Of a stretch of DNA of 64,000 nt, positions 52,215-63,869 are shown one piece after another. Origin of the DNA: Longimicrobiales bacterium (GTDB lineage: Bacteria > Gemmatimonadota > Gemmatimonadetes > Longimicrobiales > Gaopeijiaceae); the NCBI GenBank assembly GCA_965218295.1, contig CBDCKN010000013.1:160001-224000 (forward strand). The letters run 5' to 3'. Below the pieces are notes generated by a model, which was given only the letters and a program-made list of their open reading frames with translations, did not search any database and had not been told where the DNA came from. Position 1 is the stretch's first letter. Every line of letters starts with the position of its first letter. A program made the position numbers and the translations under genes.

Positions 52215-53399
52215 ATGCGTAAACGACCCCTTACGGCCGCCTTCGTGGCGCGGGTGAAGACGCCGGGACGCTACGGCGACGGCGGGCTCGGCGGGCTCGG
52301 CCTGTACCTCCGCGTCCACCGGATGAAGTCCGGGCGCGTCTCCAAGTCCTGGGGCCAGCGCATTCGAGTGGCGGGGAAGCCCACCAACCTCGGACTGGGC
52401 TCGTACCCGGTCGTGACGCTCAGGGAGGCGAGGGAGAAGGCGCTGGAGTACAGGCGGGCAGTCCATTGGGGCCACGACCCGAGAGACGCGGGGGTTCCCA
52501 CCTTCGAGGCGGCCGTCGAGAATGTGATCGCGATCCACTCGCCGACCTGGAAGAACCCATCCCGCATGGCCGGGCAATGGCGGCAGACGCTGCGGGACTA
52601 CGCCGATCCGCGCATCGGCCGGAAACGCGTGAGCGAGATCGCGACGGCCGACGTGCTCGCCATCCTCAAGCCCATCTGGTCGAGCAAGCCCGCGACCGCG
52701 AGGGCCGTGCACCAGCGGATCGGCGCGGTGATGAAGTGGGCCGTCGCGAAGGGCTACCGGCCGGACAACCCGGCGGGGGACGCCATCGCCGCCGCACTGC
52801 CGCGCAACGGCAACGCCATCCGGCATCACAAGGCGCTCCCGCACGGCGAGGTGGCGGCGGCTCTGGCCGAGGTCCGCGACTCGGGGTCCCATGCCGGTGT
52901 CCGGCTGGCGCTCGAGTTCATGGTCCTGACGGCGACACGCTCGAACGAGGTCCGGGGCGCGACGTGGGACGAGTTCGATCACGATGTCTGGACCATTCCC
53001 GCCAGCCGCATGAAGGCGAAGCGCGAGCACCGGGTTCCCCTGTCGAGGCGGGCCTTGGAGATCCTTGAGGAAGCCCGGAAGCGCCACGACGAGGGCGGGA
53101 ACGTGTTCCGGGGCGCGAAGGGAGGGAGGATCAACGCCTCGATGTTCAGCGGCCTGCTCCGGCGTCTCGGCATCGGGGGAACGCCCCACGGGATGAGGTC
53201 CTCGTTCCGCGACTGGTGCTCGGAGACGGGCGTGGCGCGCGAGGTGGCCGAAGCGGCGCTGGCCCACGTCGTGAAGAACAAGGTCGAGGCCGCCTACGCC
53301 CGCTCGGACCTGCTGGACCGGAGGCGCGAGGTCATGGAGGCCTGGGCCGACTATCTCGCCAGCGAGCGTCGAGACACCAAGGCCGGACCGATCCGTTGA
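52215..53399 (+). CDS. P4-like tyrosine integrase
   Basis: PGRYGDG..GLYL, TRSNE, HGMRSSFRDW, LAH, AAYARSD. Confidence 0.92.
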   Translation: MRKRPLTAAFVARVKTPGRYGDGGLGGLGLYLRVHRMKSGRVSKSWGQRIRVAGKPTNLGLGSYPVVTLREAREKALEYRRAVHWGHDPRDAGVPTFEAAVENVIAIHSPTWKNPSRMAGQWRQTLRDYADPRIGRKRVSEIATADVLAILKPIWSSKPATARAVHQRIGAVMKWAVAKGYRPDNPAGDAIAAALPRNGNAIRHHKALPHGEVAAALAEVRDSGSHAGVRLALEFMVLTATRSNEVRGATWDEFDHDVWTIPASRMKAKREHRVPLSRRALEILEEARKRHDEGGNVFRGAKGGRINASMFSGLLRRLGIGGTPHGMRSSFRDWCSETGVAREVAEAALAHVVKNKVEAAYARSDLLDRRREVMEAWADYLASERRDTKAGPIR

Positions 53400-53402
53400 C
53401 GC

Positions 53403-53527
53403 GCTGGCTCATGACCCGTTACCTGTCATGAGCCAGCTTACCCTTTGGGGCCACGCTTCGCGGGTCCCCGGCAGGGGCTGGCGGGGGGCTGTGCCCCCTC
53501 TGACCCCCCCAACGGCAACGGCACATC
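53403..53527 (+). repeat. oriT-like element copy D with intact 13-bp hairpin
   Basis: GCTGGCTCATGAC-ccgttacct-GTCATGAGCCAGC followed by the shared ~100 bp. Confidence 0.75.
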
Positions 53528-53680
53528 ATGGGCGCTGGACGCGACGTGTGGGTGCAGATCCGCGCCAGCGAGGTGGAGCGCGCCGCGTGGCACGCCAAGG
53601 CACGCTCCGCAGGGTTGACGCTGTCGGATCTGGTGCGCCGGTCGGTTGGCCGGGGTAGCTGTGTTCTAGCGGGAACCTGA
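53528..53680 (+). pseudogene. MobC-like ribbon-helix-helix remnant
   Basis: RDVWVQIRASEVERAAWHAKARSAGLTLSDLVRRS. Confidence 0.6.
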
Positions 53681-53971
53681 ACGGAGTACCGGGCGACTCC
53701 GAGGTCCCGCAGAAGGGAGGATTCCAGATGCCCAGGGGGACGGGCAGGATTGGCAGCTACTTACGGCGATCTTGCGTCTCAACGTCGTATCTTCCGAGGA
53801 GGCGGTCCCACGATGATGATTCTCTGATACAGCCTTCAAGCGGCGAGAGGCCACCAGCATCCTGGGGCAACGTCAAGCCGTTGACACCGTTTAGCCTTTG
53901 TGCTAGCCCGTGTCACATTCGTCCGGACGGGGTGAGCGTGATCCCCCTGGGGGCGTTTGGGCCGTAGACCC

Positions 53972-54493
53972 TCAGTTCCCCGCCGACGAGGGCGGCACGA
54001 TCCCGTTGATGCGCATGTAGGTGACCAGGTTCCCGTAGTGCTCGTAGTTGTGCATCGAATTGAACGCGAGCACGCCGCCGACAGCCATGTCGCCGCCGAA
54101 GAAGCTGACTGTCATCGCCGCCTGCTCATCGGTCATGGAGGCGTACACGGCGTCGCAGTAGGCGAACGCGTCGGCGAGAGCGGCGGTGATCTGGGCCTTG
54201 GTGGTGGCGGTCTCTTCCAGGTTCTCCGACATCGGGTTGTCCTGGCTGGAAGCGGCCGAACAGAAGGCGTACTGGGAGTTGGCCACGTGAGCCAGAATCT
54301 GCCCGAGGGTGCGCACTTCGTCCGTGGGCCGGAAGTCGTAGAGGTCGGCCGGCACCTTATCCGCCGTCGCCTTCAGGTTGGTCACGGTGATGTCGTGGAG
54401 GCCGTTGAGGGAGCCCGTCAACTGCGCATGGGCTGGAGCGGACGCGGCGAGGACGAGCAACAGGACGGCTGCGGCTGTGGAAACGAGTTTCAT
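53972..54493 (-). CDS. DinB family protein, secreted
   Basis: RTLGQILAHVA, HNYEHYGNLVTYMR.NGIVPP. Confidence 0.85.
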   Translation of the reverse strand: MKLVSTAAAVLLLVLAASAPAHAQLTGSLNGLHDITVTNLKATADKVPADLYDFRPTDEVRTLGQILAHVANSQYAFCSAASSQDNPMSENLEETATTKAQITAALADAFAYCDAVYASMTDEQAAMTVSFFGGDMAVGGVLAFNSMHNYEHYGNLVTYMRINGIVPPSSAGN

Positions 54494-54604
54494 GCGGGTT
54501 CTCCTGAGTTGATTCGTGGTGAGTTGTGGATGGATGAATCCTGCATCGTTGTAGAAACGGGTCGGGCCCGGATCCGGGTCTCACCGAATCCGTTGCCCCG
54601 ACTG

Positions 54605-54854
54605 CTGCGGGCAGCACGTAGGCCGCCATGGTCGAGCGCCAGTCGCGTAGCGACTTCGAGTCGGCGCCGGCTCGCCAGGTCTCCGCCTTCTCCGCCAGCG
54701 CCCGCGGCTCGGCTTGAGCGAACGAGATCGTGCGCGCGCGGCGCGCGTCCGCCAGACTCACCAGCTCCGCGTTGCCGAGGCCGATGTCGACGCGCCGGCC
54801 GTGTACCATGAGTCGCTGGACCCACGAGCGGGAGCCGCTGTCGCGCACGCGCAC
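54605..54854 (-). pseudogene. Integrase N-terminal remnant
   Basis: SGSRSWVQRL..GRRVDIGLG..VSLADAR. Confidence 0.7.
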
Positions 54855-55279
54855 CTGTTGAGCGGAAAGGGTGATTGCAGGGGTGATAGACGAAGATCAT
54901 CTGAAGTCATAAGATGTGATGTAACATAGCGTTATGATCTATGCTATAGCGGACTGGGCGGCCTACCTGGCCGGCGAGACTCTAGACCCGGAGGCCGAGT
55001 TGTTCTAGGTGGAACCCGTAGCACCCGGTCATCATGCGGAGCAGGCTATGTCCAGACTCACCGTCCGATACGCCCTTCTCTCCCACGATCCCGTCCGCCG
55101 CGGTAACACTGCGTGGACGAACCGCATGGTCCATCTAGCGTTCGCTGCGGAAGGGCGGCAAGCGTCGTCCCGGCCGCGTCGACTCTAGATGTCAGCATCG
55201 AGCGCTGGGTGAACTCGAAACGGCAGGAATCCAGCTTGACGGACAGGTTCATCGAACTGAGGATTGTCTTCCCAATGGC

Positions 55280-56735
55280 GAAGCTGTCCCAACCGTAGTT
55301 GAAGGTTCCTGATAGGGGGAAAGAAAAGTGGTGGCTCCGGGGGTCCCGGGCCGATAGGCTCGGGTAGGCAAAAACCCCAACACGGAGCCACCACGATGAA
55401 GAGAACGTACGAGGTAAGGGATCGGGCGGACAAGCGCGCGATCAGGGAGTTCCTGAAGCGGGAGGGGCAGTTTCTGCTTCCGATGCTTGAGCTCGTGGAG
55501 CAGACGGAGGTCGTGATCGACGAAGTCATCCAGGTGATGGGACGAGCGACGATCGAAGCGGTGCTGGAGATGAGCGCCGAGGGTGTGGCAGGCGTGAAGC
55601 AGGCAGGTCGGTCACGAGCGGAAGACGACACGGTGTGGTATGGCCGGCAGGGTGGTGTGGTTTACCTGTCGGACCGGAAGGTGCGTGTGGAGCGGCCACG
55701 GCTCAGGCGCCGGGGCGCCGGGGAGGGTGGCGAGGTCGAGGTGCCGGCGTACGCAGCGATGCGGAGACCGGGCGCCGTGGCGGATCGGATGCTCGAGGTC
55801 CTGATGGCGGGGGTGAGCACGCGGAAGTACGGCCGTGTGATCGGTGAGATGGCCGACACGGTCGGGGTGAGCAAGTCGGCGGTGAGCCGTGAGACGGTCG
55901 AGGCCTCGGAGCGCGTGCTGAAGGAGCTGATGGAGCGCCGGCTGGATGCGTGGGACCTCCTGGTGATCTACCTGGACGGGATCCAGATGGGCTCGCACCA
56001 CGTGCTTGCTGCGGTAGGCGTGGACTCAGACGGAAAGAAGCACGTGCTGGGCGTGAGGGAAGGAGCGAGTGAGAACGCCGAGGTGACCGGGGCGCTCCTA
56101 GAGGATCTGGTCGAGCGCGGCCTGGACCCGGGCAGGCGGCGGCTGTTCGTGATCGATGGCTCGAAAGCGCTCAGGAAGGCGATCGAGAAGGTGTTCGGCC
56201 AACGTCACCCCATCCAGCGCTGCCGCAACCACAAGCTCCGCAACGTGCTGGGTCATCTGCCGAAGGATCAGCATCCTCAGGTGAAGGCGGCGTTCCGGGC
56301 GGCGATGAAGCTGGACGCGAAGCAGGGCGAGCAGAAGCTCGAGCAGCTCGCCCGATGGCTCGAGCGCGACCACCCCTCGGCCTCGGCCAGCCTACGCGAA
56401 GGCCTCAGCGAGATGTTCACGATCAACCGGCTCGGCCTCCCGCCGCGGCTGAGGAAGTGCCTGGGCTCGACCAACCTGATCGACAGCACCCACTCGGGCG
56501 TAAGACAGAAGACCCGCAGGGTGACCAACTGGAAGAACGGAGCGATGGCCTTGCGCTGGGCTGCGGCCTCGTTCGTGGAGACCGAGAAGAGCTACCGGAG
56601 GATCATCGGCTACGACCAGCTCTGGATGCTCAGGGCCCACCTCGACGACCATGAACCGGTTGCCGAAATGAGAAAGGCAGGCTAACAAGGAGACTCTCCG
56701 GAGCCACCACCTTCAACTGTCAGCGGGACACCATC
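55280..56735 (+). mobile_element. IS256-family element with 8-bp TSD CCAATGGC
   Basis: 26-bp imperfect IRs (..TGTCCC......AGTTGAAGG); TSD at 55272-55279 and 56736-56743. Confidence 0.9.
55396..56685 (+). CDS. IS256 transposase
   Basis: GVSTRK, IYLDG, VIDG, QRCRNHK, STNLID. Confidence 0.92.
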   Translation: MKRTYEVRDRADKRAIREFLKREGQFLLPMLELVEQTEVVIDEVIQVMGRATIEAVLEMSAEGVAGVKQAGRSRAEDDTVWYGRQGGVVYLSDRKVRVERPRLRRRGAGEGGEVEVPAYAAMRRPGAVADRMLEVLMAGVSTRKYGRVIGEMADTVGVSKSAVSRETVEASERVLKELMERRLDAWDLLVIYLDGIQMGSHHVLAAVGVDSDGKKHVLGVREGASENAEVTGALLEDLVERGLDPGRRRLFVIDGSKALRKAIEKVFGQRHPIQRCRNHKLRNVLGHLPKDQHPQVKAAFRAAMKLDAKQGEQKLEQLARWLERDHPSASASLREGLSEMFTINRLGLPPRLRKCLGSTNLIDSTHSGVRQKTRRVTNWKNGAMALRWAAASFVETEKSYRRIIGYDQLWMLRAHLDDHEPVAEMRKAG

Positions 56736-56762
56736 CCAATGGCTCCTGGCACCAACAGTACG

Positions 56763-57939
<1,177 letters not shown>

Positions 57940-58228
57940 ATGGTTAACATGGTCATAGATCCCATTATCACCACAGCCGTGGCAATCGCTTTTCGGGACA
58001 AGATATCGAACGCCGTTGGCATTTTGTTTGAGCCCCGACAGATTAGAAGAATCACCGCAGCGAAGGCCGAGGCCGCAAAGCTGGAGGCTCAGTCTGAAAT
58101 TGAGATAACCGAGTTACATCGCAGGGCCGCCCGTCGATGGATCGACGAAGAAGCACAGCGTCAGAAGAACATGGAAGAAATTGCTGCTAAAGCATTGCCG
58201 CACTTGAAGGAAGACGCGGATCCCGGTT
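57940..58228 (+). pseudogene. DUF2806-like protein N-terminus, interrupted by IS3
   Basis: KISNAVG..FEP..IRR..AKAEA..RA..RW..EE..RQ.NME. Confidence 0.6.
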
Positions 58229-59137
58229 TGACCTGCCCCGAAGAGCGGGACCACATTCTATGTTAGTCCCAGCACCTGTGGAGGGCCGAGAAGGACGGGC
58301 ATCCTCAGGAACCAGGGCGACGGCTTAATCGCCTCAGGGGCCGGGGGAAAGCCGCCGCAGGCGCTGTGGGGTCGGACGGTATCGTACTCGCGCCTCCATT
58401 GCTCGACCAGCACGGCCGCCTCCGCCAACGAGTAGAAGAGCTCCCCGTTCAACAGCTCGTCCCTGAGCTTGCCGTTGAAGCTCTCGTTGTAGCCGTTCTC
58501 CCACGGGCTGCCCGGCTCGATAAAGAGCGTCTCGACGCCCACGCGCCCCAACCACCGCCGCACGAGCTTCGCGGTGAACTCCGGTCCGTTGTCCGACCTC
58601 AGATACTCGGGAGGCCCGTGTCGGACGAACAGATCGGCCAGCACCTCGAGCACGTCGTGCGAGCGGATCTTGCGAGCCACCACGATCGCCAGGCACTCCC
58701 TCGTGTGCTCGTCCAGCACTGTCAGCAGCTTCAGGGCGCACGCCCGTCGTGCGTCCTCGAGGCCACGAAGTCGTACGACCAGACGTGGCCCCGATACAGC
58801 GGCCGGAGCCGGATGCACGATCCGTCGTTGAGCCACAGCCGACCTCGCTTCGGCTGCCGCTCCGGCACCTTCAGCCCCTCCTGCCTCCAGATCCGCTCCA
58901 CCCGCTTGTGCTTCACCCCCCAGCCCTCGATGCGGAGCATGTCCGTGACGCGTCGGTAGCCGTAGCGGCCGAATCGACTCGCGAGTCGCACGATATCACC
59001 TCGGAGCGCCCCCTCGTCACTCGCCACTTTCCTCGCCCGGCGCTGGGTCGTGCGTGGCTGCCCGAGCACCCGGCACGCTCTCCTCTCCGACGCCCCGAGC
59101 TGCTGACGTACACGCACCACACAACGTCGTCGGCGCT
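58229..59137 (-). mobile_element. IS3 partial copy (IRR + frameshifted orfB)
   Basis: Near-identical to 45995-46900; orfA/IRL missing. Confidence 0.85.
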
Positions 59138-59399
59138 CGCCCTCCGGCGAGCTTCGCTCCTCGCTATCTCCCCGGCAGCTCGCCAATCTGCGTCGACATC
59201 GGCGAGATGCGGAGTCGCCCGACAACCTGCGTCGATCGGGGTGCAATGGTGCTTTGCGAGGTCAGCGCGGTAGTAAACGTTCGATAAAGGCTCGGCCAGA
59301 CTGTGACGGGCCGGACGTACGTCCGGTTGCCGATCGTGCCTCATAAATTGAGCATTGCCATCGAGTGGCCCTTGCACATCGGAGATTAGCTCGCGCTAA

Positions 59400-61298
59400 A
59401 TGGTCGAACGTTGGCGCAAGACCCCTGGAGCCTGGTACATGAATATTGGTCAGATCGTCGACGCATTGGGCGGATGGTGTTACCGGTCCTCTGTCGCTCG
59501 GGAGCTTGAAAGACGATGGTACCGATCACGTTTCTGGCGCTTGGTCGGGGAATCGTGGAACCGTAAACGTGTCGGCCGCTATCGGCCGCATCATCTGTAT
59601 GAGACGGTCATCAGCAACGATCGTATGTGGTTCAAGCTGCAAGCTTCATGTTGGTCATCCAGACAAGCGGCGGCGTTCCTGGAGTCCAGATTCAACGGAA
59701 CCCTGTATGTCACCGCAGACGGTCACCGACCGGTTACACCCTTTCGGCTCTCCGATTGTTCAAGCCACGTAGCCAATTGGGAGTCGATCGTAGATCGACT
59801 CCCGAAAGAGTGGGACGACGGGGAATACAGGATCGAACGGTATCCGTACCCATGGTGCGAAACGTTGTCGGATAACTGCGACTGCCACGGAGCGAAAGGG
59901 AGACTGGACGCCGCGTATTGTTCTGACTTCGGCTTGCACGATGACACGGATAAGCGCACCAGCAAGTCTGAGAACGTCAGGCATCGCGAGTATATCCAAT
60001 CGATGGAGGAGAGGCTTACTGGCCTCGACGAGTCCCGAAGAAAGGAGAGGCTCGAAAGAGAGCGGCGATCACCGCCCCGGGGTGAGGTCATTTTCGAGGC
60101 GAATCCAGAAGAGCGAAGCGGAGAGCAGAGGGGTATAACTGGTCCACCGGCTGTTGCGATCGAAGGAGTCAACCGATTGGTTGCCCGGGGGTTGTATTGC
60201 TCGATCCACGAGAGTCATCACCTATACGACGACCAGGCCATACGGAAAACGATGGCGCGCCTTACCGCGGCTTACGCACAAATGGCGACTTTGAATGAGG
60301 CAAACCGCGCGGTTGCGATGTCGAACATGGGCGACATCGCAGCGCACTGGCTTCAAATCCTTCAATCGGAGGAGTGCGCGCAGAGGTCCGTGTGGGGTGA
60401 TTCGGACATCCCCGACATCCTATACAAGTACATCCCCAAAAAACTCATCGGCGAGGGACCACCGCGCAATCTGCGGGCGACTCAATTGTTGGCCCTGAAC
60501 GACGATATGGAATGCAATGTCATAACGATGAAGAGCCACAGGCAGGAGGATACGCTCGCTTTTCTGGCTATGGTGCAATCGAAACTGGAAGGGCACTTGG
60601 GTATTGCGATGCCATGGGAAGAACTATTGACACGGTCGCTCCGCTACGGCGACCTGCGGCTGTCCACATTCATCCAAGAATACTTGAATACGCTGGTGGG
60701 AGTGGTCTCGTTTAGCACAGACATACTCGTTCCCACGATGTGGGCGCATTATGCCCAGAATACTGGTATAGTCGTGGGCTACGATACGGAGGCATTGAGC
60801 GCTCTAGGCTTTGAATTAAGGCCGGTCATTTACTCGGAAATAGCCCCCATATACCAGCCATCGGTAGGCGAATCTATCCGGCTAGATTTTGTCGACCGAG
60901 AGAGCATGGAACGTGATTTGAGGATAGGACGGAATGCAGAAGGATTCCCGATTCTTACGAGTACAAATATCGCGGAGTTTGGAGCGACTTGGAAGTCACT
61001 GTCCAGGCTGTTGCTGGTGAAAGGGATATCGTGGGGGTACGAGAAGGAAGTCCGGCTATTGGTTGATCTGGAGCAGGCGCGCGACACCGGAAAGGAGGAC
61101 TGTAACGGCTGGCCCGTCAAAGTAATAGACCCTCCGCCGGAGGCAATAAAGGAAATCTACCGTGGGGCGAACACCCGGAAAGCGGACGTTGAACGAGCCG
61201 TTCAGGTCGCCCGTGGCGAGAACAAGAGCGGGCTATTCGTGGGCCATGTATCATCCCACGCTTTCAGGATACAGAAGACCGGCGGTGTAAACCATTGA
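59400..61298 (+). CDS. DUF2971-domain protein with long unknown N-terminus
   Basis: SFS....PTMWAHYA..GIVVGY and K..SWGYEKEVR; lower GC; start may be 59439. Confidence 0.65.
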   Translation: MVERWRKTPGAWYMNIGQIVDALGGWCYRSSVARELERRWYRSRFWRLVGESWNRKRVGRYRPHHLYETVISNDRMWFKLQASCWSSRQAAAFLESRFNGTLYVTADGHRPVTPFRLSDCSSHVANWESIVDRLPKEWDDGEYRIERYPYPWCETLSDNCDCHGAKGRLDAAYCSDFGLHDDTDKRTSKSENVRHREYIQSMEERLTGLDESRRKERLERERRSPPRGEVIFEANPEERSGEQRGITGPPAVAIEGVNRLVARGLYCSIHESHHLYDDQAIRKTMARLTAAYAQMATLNEANRAVAMSNMGDIAAHWLQILQSEECAQRSVWGDSDIPDILYKYIPKKLIGEGPPRNLRATQLLALNDDMECNVITMKSHRQEDTLAFLAMVQSKLEGHLGIAMPWEELLTRSLRYGDLRLSTFIQEYLNTLVGVVSFSTDILVPTMWAHYAQNTGIVVGYDTEALSALGFELRPVIYSEIAPIYQPSVGESIRLDFVDRESMERDLRIGRNAEGFPILTSTNIAEFGATWKSLSRLLLVKGISWGYEKEVRLLVDLEQARDTGKEDCNGWPVKVIDPPPEAIKEIYRGANTRKADVERAVQVARGENKSGLFVGHVSSHAFRIQKTGGVNH

Positions 61299-61349
61299 AC
61301 GTGGTGTTGCGCAGCTCTTCTCCTCTGAACGGAACATCCTAGCCAGAAA

Positions 61350-62541
61350 GGAACCAAGGCGATGGCTTGATCGCCTCCGGGGCGGCGGGTCGCCGACCCG
61401 AGGCGCTGTGGGGTCGGACAGTATTGTACAGCCGCCTCCACTGCTCGACGAGGATGACGGCCTCGGGGAGTGTGTAGAAGATCTCCCCGTTCAGGAACTC
61501 GTCCCTCAGCTTGCCGTTGAAGCTCTCGTTGTAGCCGTTCTCCCAGGGACTGCCGGGCTCGATGGAGAGCGTCTGGACGCCGAGCCTGGCTAGCCACTGC
61601 CGCACGAGCTTGGCCGTGAACTCCGGACCGTTGTCCGAACGTAGATGCTCGGGCGGCCCGTGCCGTGCGAAGAGATCGGCCAGCACCTCGAGCACGTCAT
61701 GGGCTCGGATCTTCCGAGCCACCTTGATCGCCATACACTGCCTCGTGGACTCGTCGAGTACGGTCAGCAGCTTCAGAGGCCGACCGTCGTGCGTCCGCGC
61801 GTTCACGAAGTCGTAGGACCAGACATGATTCTTATGCAGCGGTCTCAGCCGGATGCACGAGCCATCATTCAGCCACAGCCGACCCCGTTTCGGCTGCCTT
61901 CGGGGCACTTTTAGCCCCTCCTTACGCCAGATCCACTCCACCCGCTTGTGCTTCACCCGCCAGCCCTCGATCCGCAGCAGGTTCGTGATCTGGCGGTACC
62001 CGTAGCGGCCGAACCGGCTCGCTAACCGCATCACGTCCGAGCGAAGCGCCGCCTCGTCGGCCCGCACCTTCCGCCGACGATGCTGCGTCGACCGTGACTG
62101 GCCCAGCACCCGGCACGCATGCCGCTCACTCGCCCCGAGCCGCTGGCGCACATGCACCACCGCCCTGCGTCTTCGCTCGGGGCTCAGAAGTTTCCCTTCG
62201 CCGCTTCCTCCAGGATCAGCTTGTTCAGTGTCAAGTCCGCCACTGCTCGCTTCAGGCGCCCGTTCTCGCGCTCGAACTCCTTCAGGCGCCGTGCCCCTGG
62301 CTCACCTTCATCCCGCCGTACTCCCGCCTCCACCGGTAGTACGTCTGCTCGCTGATGCCGAGCTCCCGGCTCATCAGCTTCACGGATTTGCCGCGGGCCA
62401 GACCGACCTCTGCCTCCCGCAGTGCAGTGATGATCTGCTCCAGAGTGTGTCGCTTCCTTCCCATCCTGACCTCCTCGCTGAAAAGCTTCAGACCAACTCA
62501 TCCTAACATTGCACCTGGTCTCGTTTCAGGGGGGCAGGTCA
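61350..62541 (-). mobile_element. IS3 diverged copy (IRL, frameshifted orfA/orfB, IRR missing)
   Basis: MGRKRHT, SDNGPEF; IR ends at 62541. Confidence 0.85.
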
Positions 62542-62609
62542 GTGCGTCCACGCGGGCGTTCGCCGTATGCCGGGTTCCGTGCATCATTGAGTAGCTTCGT
62601 AGCGAGCCC

Positions 62610-63533
62610 ATGAATAACGCCCGACTTCAACACTACGTCCCTCAATTCCTGCTCCGGCGATTCACAGATGCCGACGGAGCCTTGGCCGTGTTTGATAAGT
62701 CGTCTGACCGATCCTTCACCACCGGGACGCGGGCCGTTGCGGCGGAAGCCTTCTTTTACGACGTAGAGAGCAACGAAGATGTCCTGACTCTGGAGCCTGG
62801 CCTCGCTGAAGTTGAAGCTCAGACCGCAGGGATCATCGAGAGCATCCATCAGGATGCGTCACTGCAAGGCCTGTCTGACATCGATCGTGCAAAGTTGTCT
62901 CTATTCATAGCGATTCAGGCCCTTCGCACACGGCATCAACGCACGAACATCTTGCACATGCACAAGCTCCTCATTGACAAGGTGAATCGCGTAGTCCCCG
63001 AGGACATGTCTGAAGCGCGGCTCCCAGCACCAACGGAAGAAGACGCCAAGCGCGTCTCCTTGGGGCTGATCGTAGACGGGGCCGAGGAGATCGCGCAGAT
63101 CATTGCCGCTAAACCGTGGGTGCTGGCCCGGGCGCCTGACGGGGACCTCTATATCGGTGACAACCCCGTTGCCATGTACAACGAGCGAGATTTCGGCTAC
63201 CACGGGAATACCGGCTTCGCTGTGCCCGGAGTGGAGATCCACTTTCCACTCGGCCCCTGCCTTACGCTGTACATTCCCTGCCCTTCCGACATAGAGCGGG
63301 TGAGGAAGATCTTCTCTGACTCGAGGGGGCGGTTCGGTGGAGCCCTTGTGAAGGCTGTTGACACAGGAGATCCCTTCGAGCTCGCACCGGAGAACGTAGA
63401 ACGGAAAAACTTCCTCCAGGTTCTCTATGCTGGCCGGTGGATCTTCTCAGCCACCGGGGCCTTCCCACTAGCTCGGCGCATAATCCGTGAGGTCCCCCGG
63501 TATCGATCCGGGCCCTTGGGTACGGTGTCATGA
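62610..63533 (+). CDS. DUF4238-domain protein
   Basis: QHYVPQFLLRRF, FY..LE, IGDNPV, FPLGP. Confidence 0.75.
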   Translation: MNNARLQHYVPQFLLRRFTDADGALAVFDKSSDRSFTTGTRAVAAEAFFYDVESNEDVLTLEPGLAEVEAQTAGIIESIHQDASLQGLSDIDRAKLSLFIAIQALRTRHQRTNILHMHKLLIDKVNRVVPEDMSEARLPAPTEEDAKRVSLGLIVDGAEEIAQIIAAKPWVLARAPDGDLYIGDNPVAMYNERDFGYHGNTGFAVPGVEIHFPLGPCLTLYIPCPSDIERVRKIFSDSRGRFGGALVKAVDTGDPFELAPENVERKNFLQVLYAGRWIFSATGAFPLARRIIREVPRYRSGPLGTVS

Positions 63534-63869
63534 TGGCGTGGCAAGGGGCGTGTTCCGTTCAGCGACCGCGTGATGCCCGTCGGTAACGGGGCTGCTCGGC
63601 AGGCTCCGCCCTGCCGTCCGGTCTGGATGTGTTCGGAACATCCTCCATCCGGCGATTCCCCCAGCCAGAACGGGACTCTGGCCCTAGCCGCTGAGTAAGG
63701 ATAAACGACCGCATGGTTTCCGTCGCCGTCGCTCCGAGCGCCATCCGGACGCTACGGCCCGCCACAAGTCCGGAGCGTGGGTCACGACTGCGGCCGTCGG
63801 TCCGATAGCCGAACGCCAGAGGCGTTCATCCCGAGCAAGAGCTGAAGAGGTGGGGGGAGTGTCTACGAA

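Noticed and set aside
53403..53437. Hairpin as an integron attC site or rho-independent terminator
   Set aside because: No RYYYAAC/GTTRRRY ends, no cassette array or IntI, no poly-U tail; the bom-like downstream sequence and mobC remnant fit oriT better
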